From positions 124,001 to 188,000 of the forward strand of contig JAXLNO010000796.1 in the NCBI GenBank assembly GCA_038087875.1: a stretch of DNA of 64,000 nt. Reading direction: 5' to 3'. The DNA comes from Malacoraja senta (Eukaryota). Made by a program: the position numbers and the translations under genes. Numbering within the stretch: the first letter of the stretch is position 1; each line of letters begins with the position of its first letter. Under the pieces are notes generated by a model. The model did no database searches, was not told where the DNA came from, and was given only the letters and a program-made list of their open reading frames with translations. Below, one piece after another: positions 48,555 to 60,777 of this stretch.

Positions 48555-51509
48555 ATGCGGGCGGAAGCAATAGGTAGCAAGGTGAAAGGTAAAAGTGGCA
48601 GGCAGACAAATCCAGGGCAAAAATCAAAAAGAGCCACTTTTCAACATAATTGTATAAGGGGTAAGAGCGTTGTAAAAACAAGCCTGAAGGCTTTGTGTCT
48701 CAATGCAAGGAGCATTCGTAATAAGGTGGATGAGTTGAATGTGCAGATAGCAATTAATGATTATGATATAGTTGGGATCACGGAGACATGGCTCCAAGGT
48801 GACCAAGGCTGGGAGCTGAACATCCAGGGATATTCAATATTCAGGAGGGATAGAGAGAAAGGAAAAGGAGGTGGGGTAGCGTTGCTGGTTAGAGAGGAGA
48901 TTAACGCAGTGGAAAGTAAGGACATTAGCTTGGAGGATGTGGAATCGGTATGGGTAGAGCTGCGAAACACTAAGGGGCATAAAACGCTGGTGGGTGTTGT
49001 GTACAGGCCACCTAGCAGTAGTAGTGAAGTTGGGGATGGCATCAAACAGGAAATTAGAAATGCGTGCAACAAAGGCAAAACAGTTATAATGGGTGACTTC
49101 AATCTACATATAGATTGGGTGAATCAAATTGGCAGGGGTGCTGAGGAAGAGGATTTCTTGGAATGTATGAGGGATAGTTATCTAAACCAACATGTAGAGG
49201 AACCAACGAGAGAGCAGGCTATTCTAGACTGGGTATTGAGTAATGAGGAAGGGTTAGTTAGCAGACTTGTTGTGCGTGCCCCCTTGGGCAAGAGTGATCA
49301 TAATATGGTTGAGTTCTTCATTAGGATGGAGAGTGACATTGTTAATTCAGAAACAACGGTTCTGAACTTAAAGAAAGGTAACTTTGAGGGTATGAGACGT
49401 GAATTGGCCAAGATTGACTGGCAATTAGTTCTAAAAGGGCTGACGGTGGATATGCAATGGAAGGCATTTAAAGACTGCATGGATGAACTACAAAAATTGT
49501 TCATCCCAGTTTGGCAAAAGAATAAATCAAGGAAGGTAGTGCATCCGTGGATAACAAGGGAAATCAGGGATAGTATCAAAGCAAAAGATGATGCGTACAA
49601 ATTAGCCAGAAAAAGCAGCATACCAGAGGACTGGGAGAAATTCAGAGACAAGCAGAGGAGGACAAAGGGCTTAATTAGGAAAGGGAAAATAGATTATGAA
49701 AGGAAACTGGCAGGGAACATAAAAACTGACTGCAAAAGTTTTTATAGATATGTGAAGAGAAAGAGATTAGTTAAATCAAATGTAGGTCCCTTGCAGTCAG
49801 AAACAGGTGAATTGATCATGGGGAACAAGGATATGGCAGACCAATTGAATAACTACTTTGGTTCCGTCTTCACTAAGGAAGACATAAATAATCTGCCGGA
49901 AATAGCAGGGGGCCGCGGGTCAAAGGAGATGGAGGAACTGAGTGAAATCCAGGTTAGTCGGGAAGTGGTGTTGGGTAAATTGAATGGATTAAAGGCCGAT
50001 AAATCACCAGGGCCAGATAGGCTGCATCCCAGAGTACTTAAGGAAGTAGCTCCAGAAATAGTGGATGCATTAGTGATAATTTTTCAAAACTCTTTAGATT
50101 CTGGAGTAGTTCCTGAGGATTGGAGGGTAGCAAACGTAACCCCACTTTTTAAGAAGGGAGGGAGAGAGAAAACGGGGAATTACAGACCAGTTAGTCTAAC
50201 ATCGGTAGTGGGGAAACTGCTAGAGTCAGTTATTAAAGATGGGATAGCAGCACATTTGGAAAGTGGTGAAATCATTGGACAAAGTCAGCATGGATTTACG
50301 AAAGGTAAATCGTGTCTGACGAATCTTATAGAATTTTTCGAGGATGTAACTAGTAGAGTGGATAGGGGAGAACCAGTGGATGTGTTGTATCTGGACTTTC
50401 AGAAGGCTTTCGACAAGGTACCACATAAGAGATTAGGATACAAACTTAAATCACACGGTATTGGGGGTTCAGTATTGATGTGGATAGAGAACTGGCTGGC
50501 AAACAGGAAGCAAAGAGTAGGAGTAAACGGGTCCTTTTCACAATGGCAGGCAGTGACTAGTGGGGTACCGCAAGGCTCAGTGCTGGGACCCCAGCTATTT
50601 ACAATTTATATTAATGATCTGGACGAGGGAATTGAAAGCAACATCTCCAAGTTTGCGGATGACACTAAGCTGGGGGGCAGTGTTAGCTGTGAGGAGGATG
50701 CTAGGAGACTGCAAGGTGACTTGGATAGGCTGGGTGAGTGGGCAAATGTTTGGCAGATGCAGTATAATGTGGATAAATGTGAGGTTATCCACTTTGGTAG
50801 CAAAAACGGGAAGGCAGACTATTATCTAAATGGTGGCCGATTAGGAAATAGGGAGATGCAGCGAGACCTGGGTGTCATGGTACACCAGTCATTGAAAGTA
50901 GGCATGCAGGTGCAGCAGGCAGTGAAGAAAGCGAATGGTATGTTGGCCTTCATAGCAAGAGGATTTGAGTATAGGAGCAGGGAGGTTCTACTGCAGTTGT
51001 ACAGGGTCTTGGTGAGACCACACCTGGAGTATTGCGTACAGTTTTGGTCTCCAAATCTGAGGAAGGACATTATAGCCATAGAGGGAGTGCAGAGAAGGTT
51101 CACCAGACTGATTCCTGGGATGTCAGGACTTTCATATGAAGAAAGACTGGATAGACTTGGCTTATACTCGCTAGAATTTAGGAGATTGAGAGGGGATCTT
51201 ATAGAAACGTACAAAATTCTTATGGGGTTGGACAGGCTAGATGCAGGAAGATTGTTCCCGATGTTGGGGAAGTCCAGGACAAGGGGTCACAGCTTAAGGA
51301 TAAGGGGGAAATCCTTTAAGACCGAGATGAGGAAAAACTTTTTCACACAGAGAGTGGTGAATCTCTGGAACTCTCTGCCACAGAGGGTAGTTGAGGCCAG
51401 TTCATTGGCTATATTTAAGAGGGAATTAGATGTGGCCCTTGTGGCTAAAGGGATCAGGGGTATGGAGAGAAGGCAGGTACGGGATACTGAGTTGGATGAT
51501 CAGCCATGA
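48555..51509 (+). CDS. CR1 ORF2p: APE endonuclease plus reverse transcriptase (first ATG 48555; frame open from at least 48192)
   Basis: LNARS, GITETW, GDFN, SDH (APE); [31 protein letters not shown] (RT). A 1-nt shorter G-run near 51455 alters the last residues relative to GYGEKAGTGY in other copies. Confidence 0.95.
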   Translation: MRAEAIGSKVKGKSGRQTNPGQKSKRATFQHNCIRGKSVVKTSLKALCLNARSIRNKVDELNVQIAINDYDIVGITETWLQGDQGWELNIQGYSIFRRDREKGKGGGVALLVREEINAVESKDISLEDVESVWVELRNTKGHKTLVGVVYRPPSSSSEVGDGIKQEIRNACNKGKTVIMGDFNLHIDWVNQIGRGAEEEDFLECMRDSYLNQHVEEPTREQAILDWVLSNEEGLVSRLVVRAPLGKSDHNMVEFFIRMESDIVNSETTVLNLKKGNFEGMRRELAKIDWQLVLKGLTVDMQWKAFKDCMDELQKLFIPVWQKNKSRKVVHPWITREIRDSIKAKDDAYKLARKSSIPEDWEKFRDKQRRTKGLIRKGKIDYERKLAGNIKTDCKSFYRYVKRKRLVKSNVGPLQSETGELIMGNKDMADQLNNYFGSVFTKEDINNLPEIAGGRGSKEMEELSEIQVSREVVLGKLNGLKADKSPGPDRLHPRVLKEVAPEIVDALVIIFQNSLDSGVVPEDWRVANVTPLFKKGGREKTGNYRPVSLTSVVGKLLESVIKDGIAAHLESGEIIGQSQHGFTKGKSCLTNLIEFFEDVTSRVDRGEPVDVLYLDFQKAFDKVPHKRLGYKLKSHGIGGSVLMWIENWLANRKQRVGVNGSFSQWQAVTSGVPQGSVLGPQLFTIYINDLDEGIESNISKFADDTKLGGSVSCEEDARRLQGDLDRLGEWANVWQMQYNVDKCEVIHFGSKNGKADYYLNGGRLGNREMQRDLGVMVHQSLKVGMQVQQAVKKANGMLAFIARGFEYRSREVLLQLYRVLVRPHLEYCVQFWSPNLRKDIIAIEGVQRRFTRLIPGMSGLSYEERLDRLGLYSLEFRRLRGDLIETYKILMGLDRLDAGRLFPMLGKSRTRGHSLRIRGKSFKTEMRKNFFTQRVVNLWNSLPQRVVEASSLAIFKRELDVALVAKGIRGMERRQVRDTELDDQP

Positions 51510-51620
51510 TCGTATTGAATGGCGGTGCAGGCTCGAAGGGCCGAATGGCCTACTCCTGCACCTATTTTCTATGTATCTATGTATCTATGTAATCACGTGG
51601 ATGTCAAATCAGGTGAGTTT

Positions 51621-53408
51621 TAGATACATAGATACATAGAAATTAGGTGCAGGAGTAGGCCATTCGGCCCTTCGAGCCTGCACCGCCATTCAATACGATC
51701 ATGGCTGATCATCCAACTCAGTATCCCGTACCTGCCTTCTCTCCATACCCCCTGATCCCTTTAGCCACAAGGGCCACATCTAATTCCCTCTTAAACATAG
51801 CCAATGAACTGGCCTCAACTACCCTCTGTGGCAGAGAGTTCCAGAGATTCACCACTCTCTGTGTGAAAAAGTTTTTCCTCATCTCGGTCTTAAAGGATTT
51901 TCCCCTTATCCTTAAGCTGTGACCCCTTGTCCTGGACTTCCCCAACATCGGGAACAATCTTCCTGCATCTAGCCTGTCCAACCCCATAAGAATCTTGTAC
52001 GTTTCTATAAGATCCCCTCTCAATCTCCTAAATTCTAGCGAGTATAAGCCAAGTCTATCCAGTCTTTCTTCATATGAAAGTCCTGACATCCCAGGAATCA
52101 GTCTGGTGAACCTTCTCTGCACTCCCTCTATGGCTATAATGTCCTTCCTCAGATTTGGAGACCAAAACTGTACGCAATACTCCAGGTGTGGTCTCACCAA
52201 GACCCTGTACAACTGCAGTAGAACCTCACTGCTCCTATACTCAAATCCTCTTGCTATGAAGGCCAACATACCATTCGCTTTCTTCACTGCCTGCTGCACC
52301 TGCATGCCTACTTTCAATGACTGGTGTACCATGACACCCAGGTCTCGCTGCATCTCCCCATTTCCTAATCGGCCACCATTTAGATAATAGTCTGCCTTCC
52401 CGTTTTTGCTACCAAAGTGGATAACCTCACATTTATCCACATTATACTGCATCTGCCAAACATTTGCCCACTCACCCAGCCTATCCAAGTCACCTTGCAG
52501 TCTCCTAGCATCCTCCTCACAGCTAACACTGCCCCCCAGCTTAGTGTCATCCGCAAACTTGGAGATGTTGCTTTCAATTCCCTCGTCCAGATCATTAATA
52601 TAAATTGTAAATAGCTGGGGTCCCAGCACTGAGCCTTGTGGTACCCCACTAGTCACTGTCTGCCATTGTGAAAAGGACCCGTTTACTCCTACTCTTTGCT
52701 TCCTGTTTGCCAGCCAGTTCTCTATCCACATCAATACTGAACCCCCAATACCGTGTGATTTAAGTTTGTATCCTAATCTCTTATGTGGTACCTTGTCGAA
52801 AGCCTTCTGAAAGTCCAGATACAACACATCCACTGGTTCTCCCCTATCCACTCTACTAGTTACATCCTCGAAAAATTCTATAAGATTCGTCAGACACGAT
52901 TTACCTTTCGTAAATCCATGCTGACTTTGTCCAATGATTTCACCACTTTCCAAATGTGCTGCTATCCCATCTTTAATAACTGACTCTAGCAGTTTCCCCA
53001 CTACCGATGTTAGACTAACTGGTCTGTAATTCCCCGTTTTCTCTCTCCCTCCCTTCTTAAAAAGTGGGGTTACGTTTGCTACCCTCCAATCCTCAGGAAC
53101 TACTCCAGAATCTAAAGAGTTTTGAAAAATTATCACTAATGCATCCACTATTTCTGGAGCTACTTCCTTAAGTACTCTGGGATGCAGCCTATCTGGCCCT
53201 GGTGATTTATCGGCCTTTAATCCATTCAATTTACCCAACACCACTTCCCGACTAACCTGGATTTCACTCAGTTCCTCCATCTCCTTTGACCCGCGGCCCC
53301 CTGCTATTTCCGGCAGATTATTTATGTCTTCCTTAGTGAAGACGGAACCAAAGTAGTTATTCAATTGGTCTGCCATATCCTTGTTCCCCATGATCAATTC
53401 ACCTGTTT
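51621..53408 (-). mobile_element. 5-prime-truncated CR1 copy nearly identical to 49801-51591, tail-to-tail
   Basis: The 586-aa ORF is identical to the ORF2 RT half except for four substitutions and the C-terminus. Confidence 0.96.
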
Positions 53409-54119
53409 TCCTCACCAGAAGGGCATTGTGATCCAGGTGGGTTTGCCAGCAATCTGGTGCCTTCACAGTCAACATCATTGAATCTGGAACTTAATACATG
53501 AATTAATTATTCATTTTTATTTCAATTCCCCAGATTCCAAAGCAGGATTTGGATTCATATTTCCAGATGGAGAATCAAGCCCTCTTCATATTGAATCACC
53601 AGAACTCGTCACTGTCGTCTCTATAGTCTCTCTATTAGTTTCTCATTGAGCTGTGCTTTCCCAAGGTAATACTCTTTGCAAACTGGTGGATAAATTGCTC
53701 CCAGTGTCTCAGTAAACAAATATGCATGTGGAATGGCCACAATTTTTGTGTGTCCGATCCAGAAAATACATGCCCTTTCTGCAAGCACAATCTACACCCA
53801 GAAATGCTTGGTCACGTTAGCGGAGTGGCACAAATAGACCCGTAAACTGTTATAATTCTGTTCAATCCTGACAAATGGTTTTATAAAATGTGAAAGTGCT
53901 CAGGAATATGATAGATTTTCTAAATACAATCTGCTTGATCATTGATCATTAATCTCCGAATTGTATACGGGCTATGAAAATATAAACAAATTCGGCTGGA
54001 GATGGCAAGGGAAGCTACAGTATGTGTCCATACTGCAGCATGTGGGAGTTAGTGATCAGTGCAACTCTCTTCGGGATGTCCATGTCTGCATGAAAGGATT
54101 CTGCCTTCAATCACTTGGG

Positions 54120-56505
54120 CTCTACATCAGTGATGTACTCAACTACTTACAATATATATTCATGATTTAGATGATGGAATTAAAAGTAACACTAGCAAAT
54201 TTGCAGATGACACAAAGCTGGGTGGTAGTATGAACTGCGAAGAGGATGTTACAGGTTGAGTGAGTGGCAGATGCATGGCAGATGCAGTATAATGTAGATA
54301 AATGTGAGAGTATCCAATATGGTGGCGAGAACAAGGAGGCAGATTATTATCTCAATGGTGTCAGATTAGGAAAAAGAGAAGCGCAATGAGACATGGGTGT
54401 CCTTGTACACCAGTCAATGAAAGTAGACATGCAGGTACAGCAGGCAGTGAAGAAAGCTAATGGCATGTTGGCCTTCATAATGAGAAGATTTGAGTAGAGG
54501 AGTAAAGAGTTCCTTCTGCAGTTTTGTTTCCACAGTCTAAAAATAAAGGGGAGGCCATTTAAAACTGAGATGAGAAAAAACTTTTTCACCTAGAGAGTTG
54601 TGAATCTGTGGAATTCTCTGCCACTGAAGGCATTGGAGGTCAATTCACTGGACGTTTTCAAGAGAGAGTTAGATTTAGCTCTTTTTGCTAATGGAATCAA
54701 GGGGAATGGGGAGAAAGCAGGAACGTGGTACTGATTCTGGATGATCAGACATGATCATATTGAATGGCAGTGCTGGCTCGAAGGGCCGAATGGCCTACTC
54801 CTGCACCTATGTTCTATGTTTCTATGAATGTGGGATTCAGGCAACGGACACAGCAGCAGTGTGGAGCGGCCGGGAATTTTGGGATTCCCGTTAGGATTTC
54901 AGTCACAGAAGACAGTAGATGCCATTTTACTGGATGAATTTCAAAGAGAGTTAGATAGAGCTCTAGGGGCTAGCGGAATCAAGGGGTATGGGGAGAAGGC
55001 AGGCACAGGCTACTGCTAAAAATAAAAAATTATGGGATTGGGGGTAATATATTAGCATGGGTAGAGGATTGGCTAACAAATAGGAAGCAGAGAGTGGGGA
55101 TAAATGGTTCATACTCGGGATGGCAACCGGTAACTAGCGGGGTTCCGCAAGGGTCGGTGCTGGGACCCCAGTTGTTCACAATTTATATAAATGATTTGGA
55201 GGAGGGAACCAAGTGTAATATATCAAAATTTGCGGACGATACAAAAATGGGAGGAAAAGTAGGGGATGAGGAGGATAGGAAGAGTCTGCAAAAGGATATA
55301 GATAAGCTAGGTGAGTGGGCAACAACTTGGCAGATGAAATTTAATACTAATAAATGTGAAGTCATTCACTTTGGGAAAAAAAATGATAGGGCAAGTTATT
55401 TTCTAAATGAGGTGGAGCTGCGTTGTAATGCAACACAAAGGGATCTTGGGGTAGTAGTACATGAATCACTAAAAGTTAGTATGCTGGTGCAGCAAGCAAT
55501 CAGGAAGGCCAATGGAGTTTTGGCCTTTATTGCTAGGGGGATTGAGTATAAAAACACGGAGGTCTTGCTGCAGCTGTACACAGTATTAGTGAGACCACAT
55601 TTGGAATACTGTGTACAGTTCTGGGGTCCATACTTAAGAAAGGATGTACTGGCCCTGGAGGCAGTGCAGCGAAGGTTTACAAGATTAATTCCTGCAATGA
55701 GGGGATTGACATATGAGGAAAGTAGGCTGGAACTCTACTCTTTGGAGTTTAGAAGAATGAGAGGCGATCTCATTGAAACATATAAGATCGTGAGGGGCCT
55801 TGATCGGGTGGATGCACCGAGGATGTTCCCAATGATCGGGGAAACTAGAACTAGGGGACATAGTTGTAGAATAAGAGGGGGCTCTTTTAAAACTGAGATG
55901 AGGAAGAACTTCTTCACCCAGAGGGTGGTTAATTTATGGAATTCACTGCCCCAGGGAGCAGTGGAAGCAGAAACATTAAATATATTTAAGTCTAAAATAG
56001 ATGGTTTTTTAGCTGCCAAGGTGGTTAAGGGGCTACGGGGAGAGGGCAGGGATATGGACCTAGGTATGGTTAGTATAGTAAGACCTGAGTGATCTCCTGG
56101 ACAAGTGTCGATCGCCTGGATTGGGGTCGGAGAGGAATTTCCCGGATTTTTTTCCCGAATTGGACCTGGGTTTTTATCCGTTTTTTTGCCTCCCCCAGGA
56201 GATCACGCGGTTCTTGGGGTGGAGAGGGGTGATAGCGATATAAAGGGGAGGGTAGTGTCTTGTGTTCTGTGTCTTGTGTCTACTGTTTGTGGGTAAGGGT
56301 GTCTGTTTAGTGTTCAGCCATGAGCGAATGGCGGTGCGGGCTCGATGGGCCTGGTGGTCTACTCTCGCACCTACTTTCTATGTTTCTATGTCTATGTTAC
56401 TGATTGTGGATGATCAGCCATGATCACAATGAATGGCGGTGCTGGCTCGAAGGACCAAATGGCCTACTCCTGCACCTATTGTCTATGTTTCTCTGTTTCT
56501 ATGTC
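54120..56505 (+). mobile_element. Stack of CR1 3-prime fragments (54120-54825; 54905-55017 plus 56398-56505 split by 55020-56397)
   Basis: RT and C-terminal motifs. The 332-aa ORF 55094-56092 belongs to a different subfamily. TACTG is duplicated at the nested junctions. Confidence 0.88.
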
Positions 56506-57939
56506 AGGTGAGATATGGGAACATGAGGTTAGTCACTAGAGGGACAGGAGAAACTTGGATAATTTTAAACTGAACAATTTCACTCTGTGGATTTTGACAA
56601 AAGTAAAGAAAAGGTTGAGATTGTTAGGAAGCTGGGTAGTGGGGATTTAAGAGAGATTGAGAAGAGGTTCTATTGACACTGCTCCCTTTACAAGTGTTGT
56701 GGAACCTTCAAAATTATAAAGTATTTGTAAGTATTTGAATATCATTAATCCAGGTGTACTTGATTTTACTTGTGAAGCATTTCTTTACTCATTCGGTTAT
56801 TCGGACAATTTGAGCATCACTGTCAAGGTTAGTGGTTTCCCCTCATTGTTAATTGTACTCAAGACAGTGGTAGATTGCTTTCCTAAACCTTTCCATTCCT
56901 TCCGGTGAAAGTACTCCCACAGTTATACTAGGTAGGGAGTTGCAGCATTAAGAAGCAGTATCGATAAAGGAAAGGTGATTAATTTCTTGTTATCATGATG
57001 CAAGCAATGCCTGACACCACAAAACCTCTCCATCAGCGGCAAGGCCCAATTCAGGAGGGTGCAATGCCTTGATGAATGTTACTCCAGTGATACTGAAGAA
57101 GCACAACATCATCCAGGACATAGCATGTCCCCATCTACTACTGTAATCTTCTTTGTTTCCACCACTTGTGTACAGTGATCTCGGTCTCAATCAACCACCG
57201 CAAGGTGTCTCAATGTTCATTGCCAAGGCTACTTCAATAATACCTCTCATATCAGTGATCCCATCAACCAAGAAAGACAATGGCAACAGGCCCATGGGAT
57301 CACCACATGCTGTGGGTGCCTCTCCAGTCATGACTTGGAAAGCCATTGCTGTTCCTTCATTCCTATCAAGAGCACTGTGGGAACATCTTTCACTGGCTAC
57401 GTAAGGATGTTCACATCCTCATGGGCTAAAAATGGAAGCCTGAGCAGTGAGGCCCACATCCTAAACAAGTGTAAACATGGCCTAACACAGATCCTTCCTC
57501 TTTTACGCTGATGTCATCTTCAGATACAACTTCTCCATTTACCCTTTACATTTAAAAGTAATTCCTTGTAATTCTAGTTGCGTAATTTTTTTAAAATACG
57601 TGAGAACAGAACATATCTGTGTGTGCTGAGGATGGATTTATTATAAGGATAGTAACTAAAAGACAGAGAAGCTCAAGTATCTGTGTTTGTCAGTGATTGG
57701 GATAAATTGTGGCAGATAATCTACAGTATGGTGCAAAGGAGAAAATTTATTCCAATTAGTTTTTACTAATATCAGCATTAAAGTCAATATTTATTATCCA
57801 TCCCTAACTACCTTGGAGAAGATGGTGGTGAGCTGCCTTCTTGAAGTTCTGCAATACTTTTGGTGAAGATGCTCTCACACAGCTATCAGGGCTTAGTCAG
57901 AGTCATGGAACCACAGAGTCGTACAGCAGAGAAACAGCT

Positions 57940-58730
57940 GCAACACGTCCATGCTGACCTAGTTTCCTCATCAAACTTAGTTCCATTTGCCCCATATCCC
58001 TCTAAACCTTTCCTTTCCATGAACCTGTTCAAGTGTCTTTTAATTGAAATGTTAGTACTTGCTTCAACTACCTCCTCTGGCAGCTCATCACATATACCTA
58101 CTACCCTTTATAGACAATAGGTGCAGGAGTAGGCCATTCGGCCCTTCAAGCCAGCACCGCCATTCAATGTGATCATGGCTGATCATCCCCAATCAGTACC
58201 CTGTTCCTGCCTTCTCCCCATATCCCCTGACTCTACTATCTTCAAGAACCCTATCTAGCTCTCTCTTGAAAGCATCCAGTGAACCGGCCTCCACAACCCT
58301 CTGAGGCAGAGCATACCACACACTCACAACACTCTGTGTGAAAAAGTGTTTCTTCATCTCTGTTCTAAATGGCTTGCCCCTTTTTCTTAAACTGTGGTCC
58401 CTGGTTCTGGACTCTCCCCACATTAGGAACATGTTTCCTGCCTCTAGCGTGTCCAAACCCTTAATAATCCTATATGTTTCAATATGATCCCCTCTCATCC
58501 TTCTAAACTACAGAGTATACAAGCCCAGCCGCTCCATTCTCTCAGCATATGACAGTCCAGCCATCCTGGGAATTAACCTTGTAAACCTATGCTGCACCCC
58601 CTCAATAGCAAGAATGTCCTTCCTCAAATTAGGGGACCAAAACTGCACACAATACTCCAGGTGTGGTCTCACTAGGGCTCTGTACAACTGCAGAATGACC
58701 TCTTTGTTTCTATACTCAACTCCTCTTGTT
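57940..58730 (-). mobile_element. CR1 3-prime fragments
   Basis: MRGDHIETYRIIKG...GYGEKAGTGY. Confidence 0.85.
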
Positions 58731-60777
58731 TGAATCCTTTATCCTTTGAATGCAAAGGATGCCCTTCGTGTTCATATTAAACCTTATCATCTCACCTCAA
58801 ACCCGTGTCCTCTGGTTCTTGATACCCCCACAGTGGGTAAAAGGCTCTGTTCATTCAGCCTTTCTATTCCCCTCAATAATTTAACTATCACAGCCTCTTG
58901 CAGGAATAAAGTCTGAGGGAGCACAATTTTTCAGGCCCATACAGCTGATCCAATATTGGTCCCAACACCACCTTCCCACTTTCCCCACGTCTCCTGACTT
59001 CTGTTGAGTTTATAGTCAATCATCCTCTACCTTGAACATAGTCAATGTCTCAGCCTCTGCAGCTCCTTTGGGAAGATGACATCAAAAACTGTTGTGCCAG
59101 TCAGAGCAATATGGGATGACTTTGGTATAATGGCAAAACATTGTCCTCAATGAGAACTGTGCAATGGTCTTCTGATTTCTGCCAAAGCCATGGTCAACAG
59201 ATTCACCTGTTGCAGGTGGACAGGAGAGGAGGAGGTCAAGTAGGTCAATCGCTTGTGTTGGCTCATTCTCTACCTGCTGTAGAAAGAGCCTGGCAGAAAC
59301 ATCCTTCAGGGTTCGGCCATCTCAGTGAGTGGTCGTGTGACCAATCCACTCCCAATGATGGATGTTGAGGTCCACACCCAGTGTACACTCTGTACTCTTG
59401 CTTCTTTTAATATCATTCGAGATTTTGCTCAGCTGACCAATAATGGTGGGCATTCATTAGGACAGTGAAAGCTTCCCATGGTGAAATCTGTGGGCTCCTT
59501 CCCATGAAGAGGCAAGTGAGGAAACAGTATGTTCTTTCACCAGGTCCAATCCTCTCTCCGGGAATGGTTCAGTTTATCCTAATGGGTGCAATGGAATTGC
59601 CAGCATGTTTAATGAACACAACCCTCTATGGAGGTTTTGTCCTCATGAAATGGCAGGACCTCCCTGGATTGCATGTACTCTCTCGTGGAACATCAGGCCC
59701 AGCAGGATGCGGCAAAGCACCTGGAGCTCTCCCATTTGAGATCCATTCAAAATGTTCAAAAGCGCAAAGGTGCAAGTTCGATTCCAGATGGAATCTTTAT
59801 TTGTTGTATAATTCTATATCTGAACCCATTTGTATCAACACCAGTGGTGCCGGAACCCTGAGCTGGAGGGGGAGTGTCATTTAGTTTGACAAGAGGCAGT
59901 GTCAGTTACTGTGCAGTGTGAGGGAACCTCAGCTTGTCCTGTGCTGGGCTCAAAGCCACGTTGCTGTTTCTCCAGAATTCCACACAAGTTCCTCTGCAGA
60001 AGGTCAGTAAACTTCAGACATTATTCTTCATTGGTAATAGTGGATTAAATGAACGGGATTAAATGATTGAAATGTAGTTTGCAAAACTGATGTACTTCTT
60101 CAAATGTTATTGTGAAATGTGTTCTCCTATTACAATGATGGTGTCTTCACTAAAAAGGGAACAAATTTCAGTATTTTTGCTACATCCGACTGATTAAAAT
60201 CTAAAATAGCAGTGTTTCTCTTGACTATTCAAATGCACTTTATTCTTTCCCTCATTTCAAATTTCCTGTTTCCTACCTGCTGTATGAAAAGATTGCAATA
60301 TATAACCTTGTTTGTTGTTTCTGTTTTCCAAAACAATGTTTTGATCTTGAAAATAAAGAAATTGTTGTATAAATCATTTTCCTCCACAGATGCTGCCTGA
60401 GCCGCTGAGTTCCTCCAGGAACTTATTTTGGTTTTTTTGCTTCAGGGAGAAGGAGTGGATGTGTTGAATTTTCAGAAGGTCTTTGATAAAACCATGCATA
60501 ATAGATCAACAAGGAATATTAAAATATGTGGATTTGGCAATGTTCAACTGGGATGGATTCAAAATTCTTTAGCAGGCTAGGAACTGAGACTTCTTTTGGG
60601 TGGCACATGGTGACTAATGAGCCATCATTGAAACCATTGCTTGAGCCTGTTATTTTCAATGTACATTAATGATTTTGACAAGTAAGTAAATTTAATATTT
60701 CTAAGTTTTATGACATGAAACTGAGAGCAATTAGGAGAAGCAAAGAGGATGCAAAGAGATTTCCAGGTGATCTCAGT

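Larger units (their letters stand above)
46457..51591 (+). mobile_element. Full-length, near-intact CR1 LINE (monomer-array 5-prime UTR, esterase ORF1, APE-RT ORF2, (CTATGTAT)n tail)
   Basis: All parts are present in order, with both ORFs open. Confidence 0.95.

Noticed and set aside
48480-48700. Idea that the full-length CR1 is a chimera of two subfamilies (GGGVLKW resembles the start of an APE strand)
   Set aside because: Rests only on recollection of other copies; there is no comparator in the window.
53581-53670. Second SXY-like promoter (shares CTCGTCACT with the class I promoter; AGTTTCTCATT is ISRE-like)
   Set aside because: No CCAAT at the required 21-bp spacing and no adjacent leader exon.
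59465-59884. 139-aa plus-strand ORF
   Set aside because: GTG start, no domain motifs and no splice context; likely chance or a decayed repeat.
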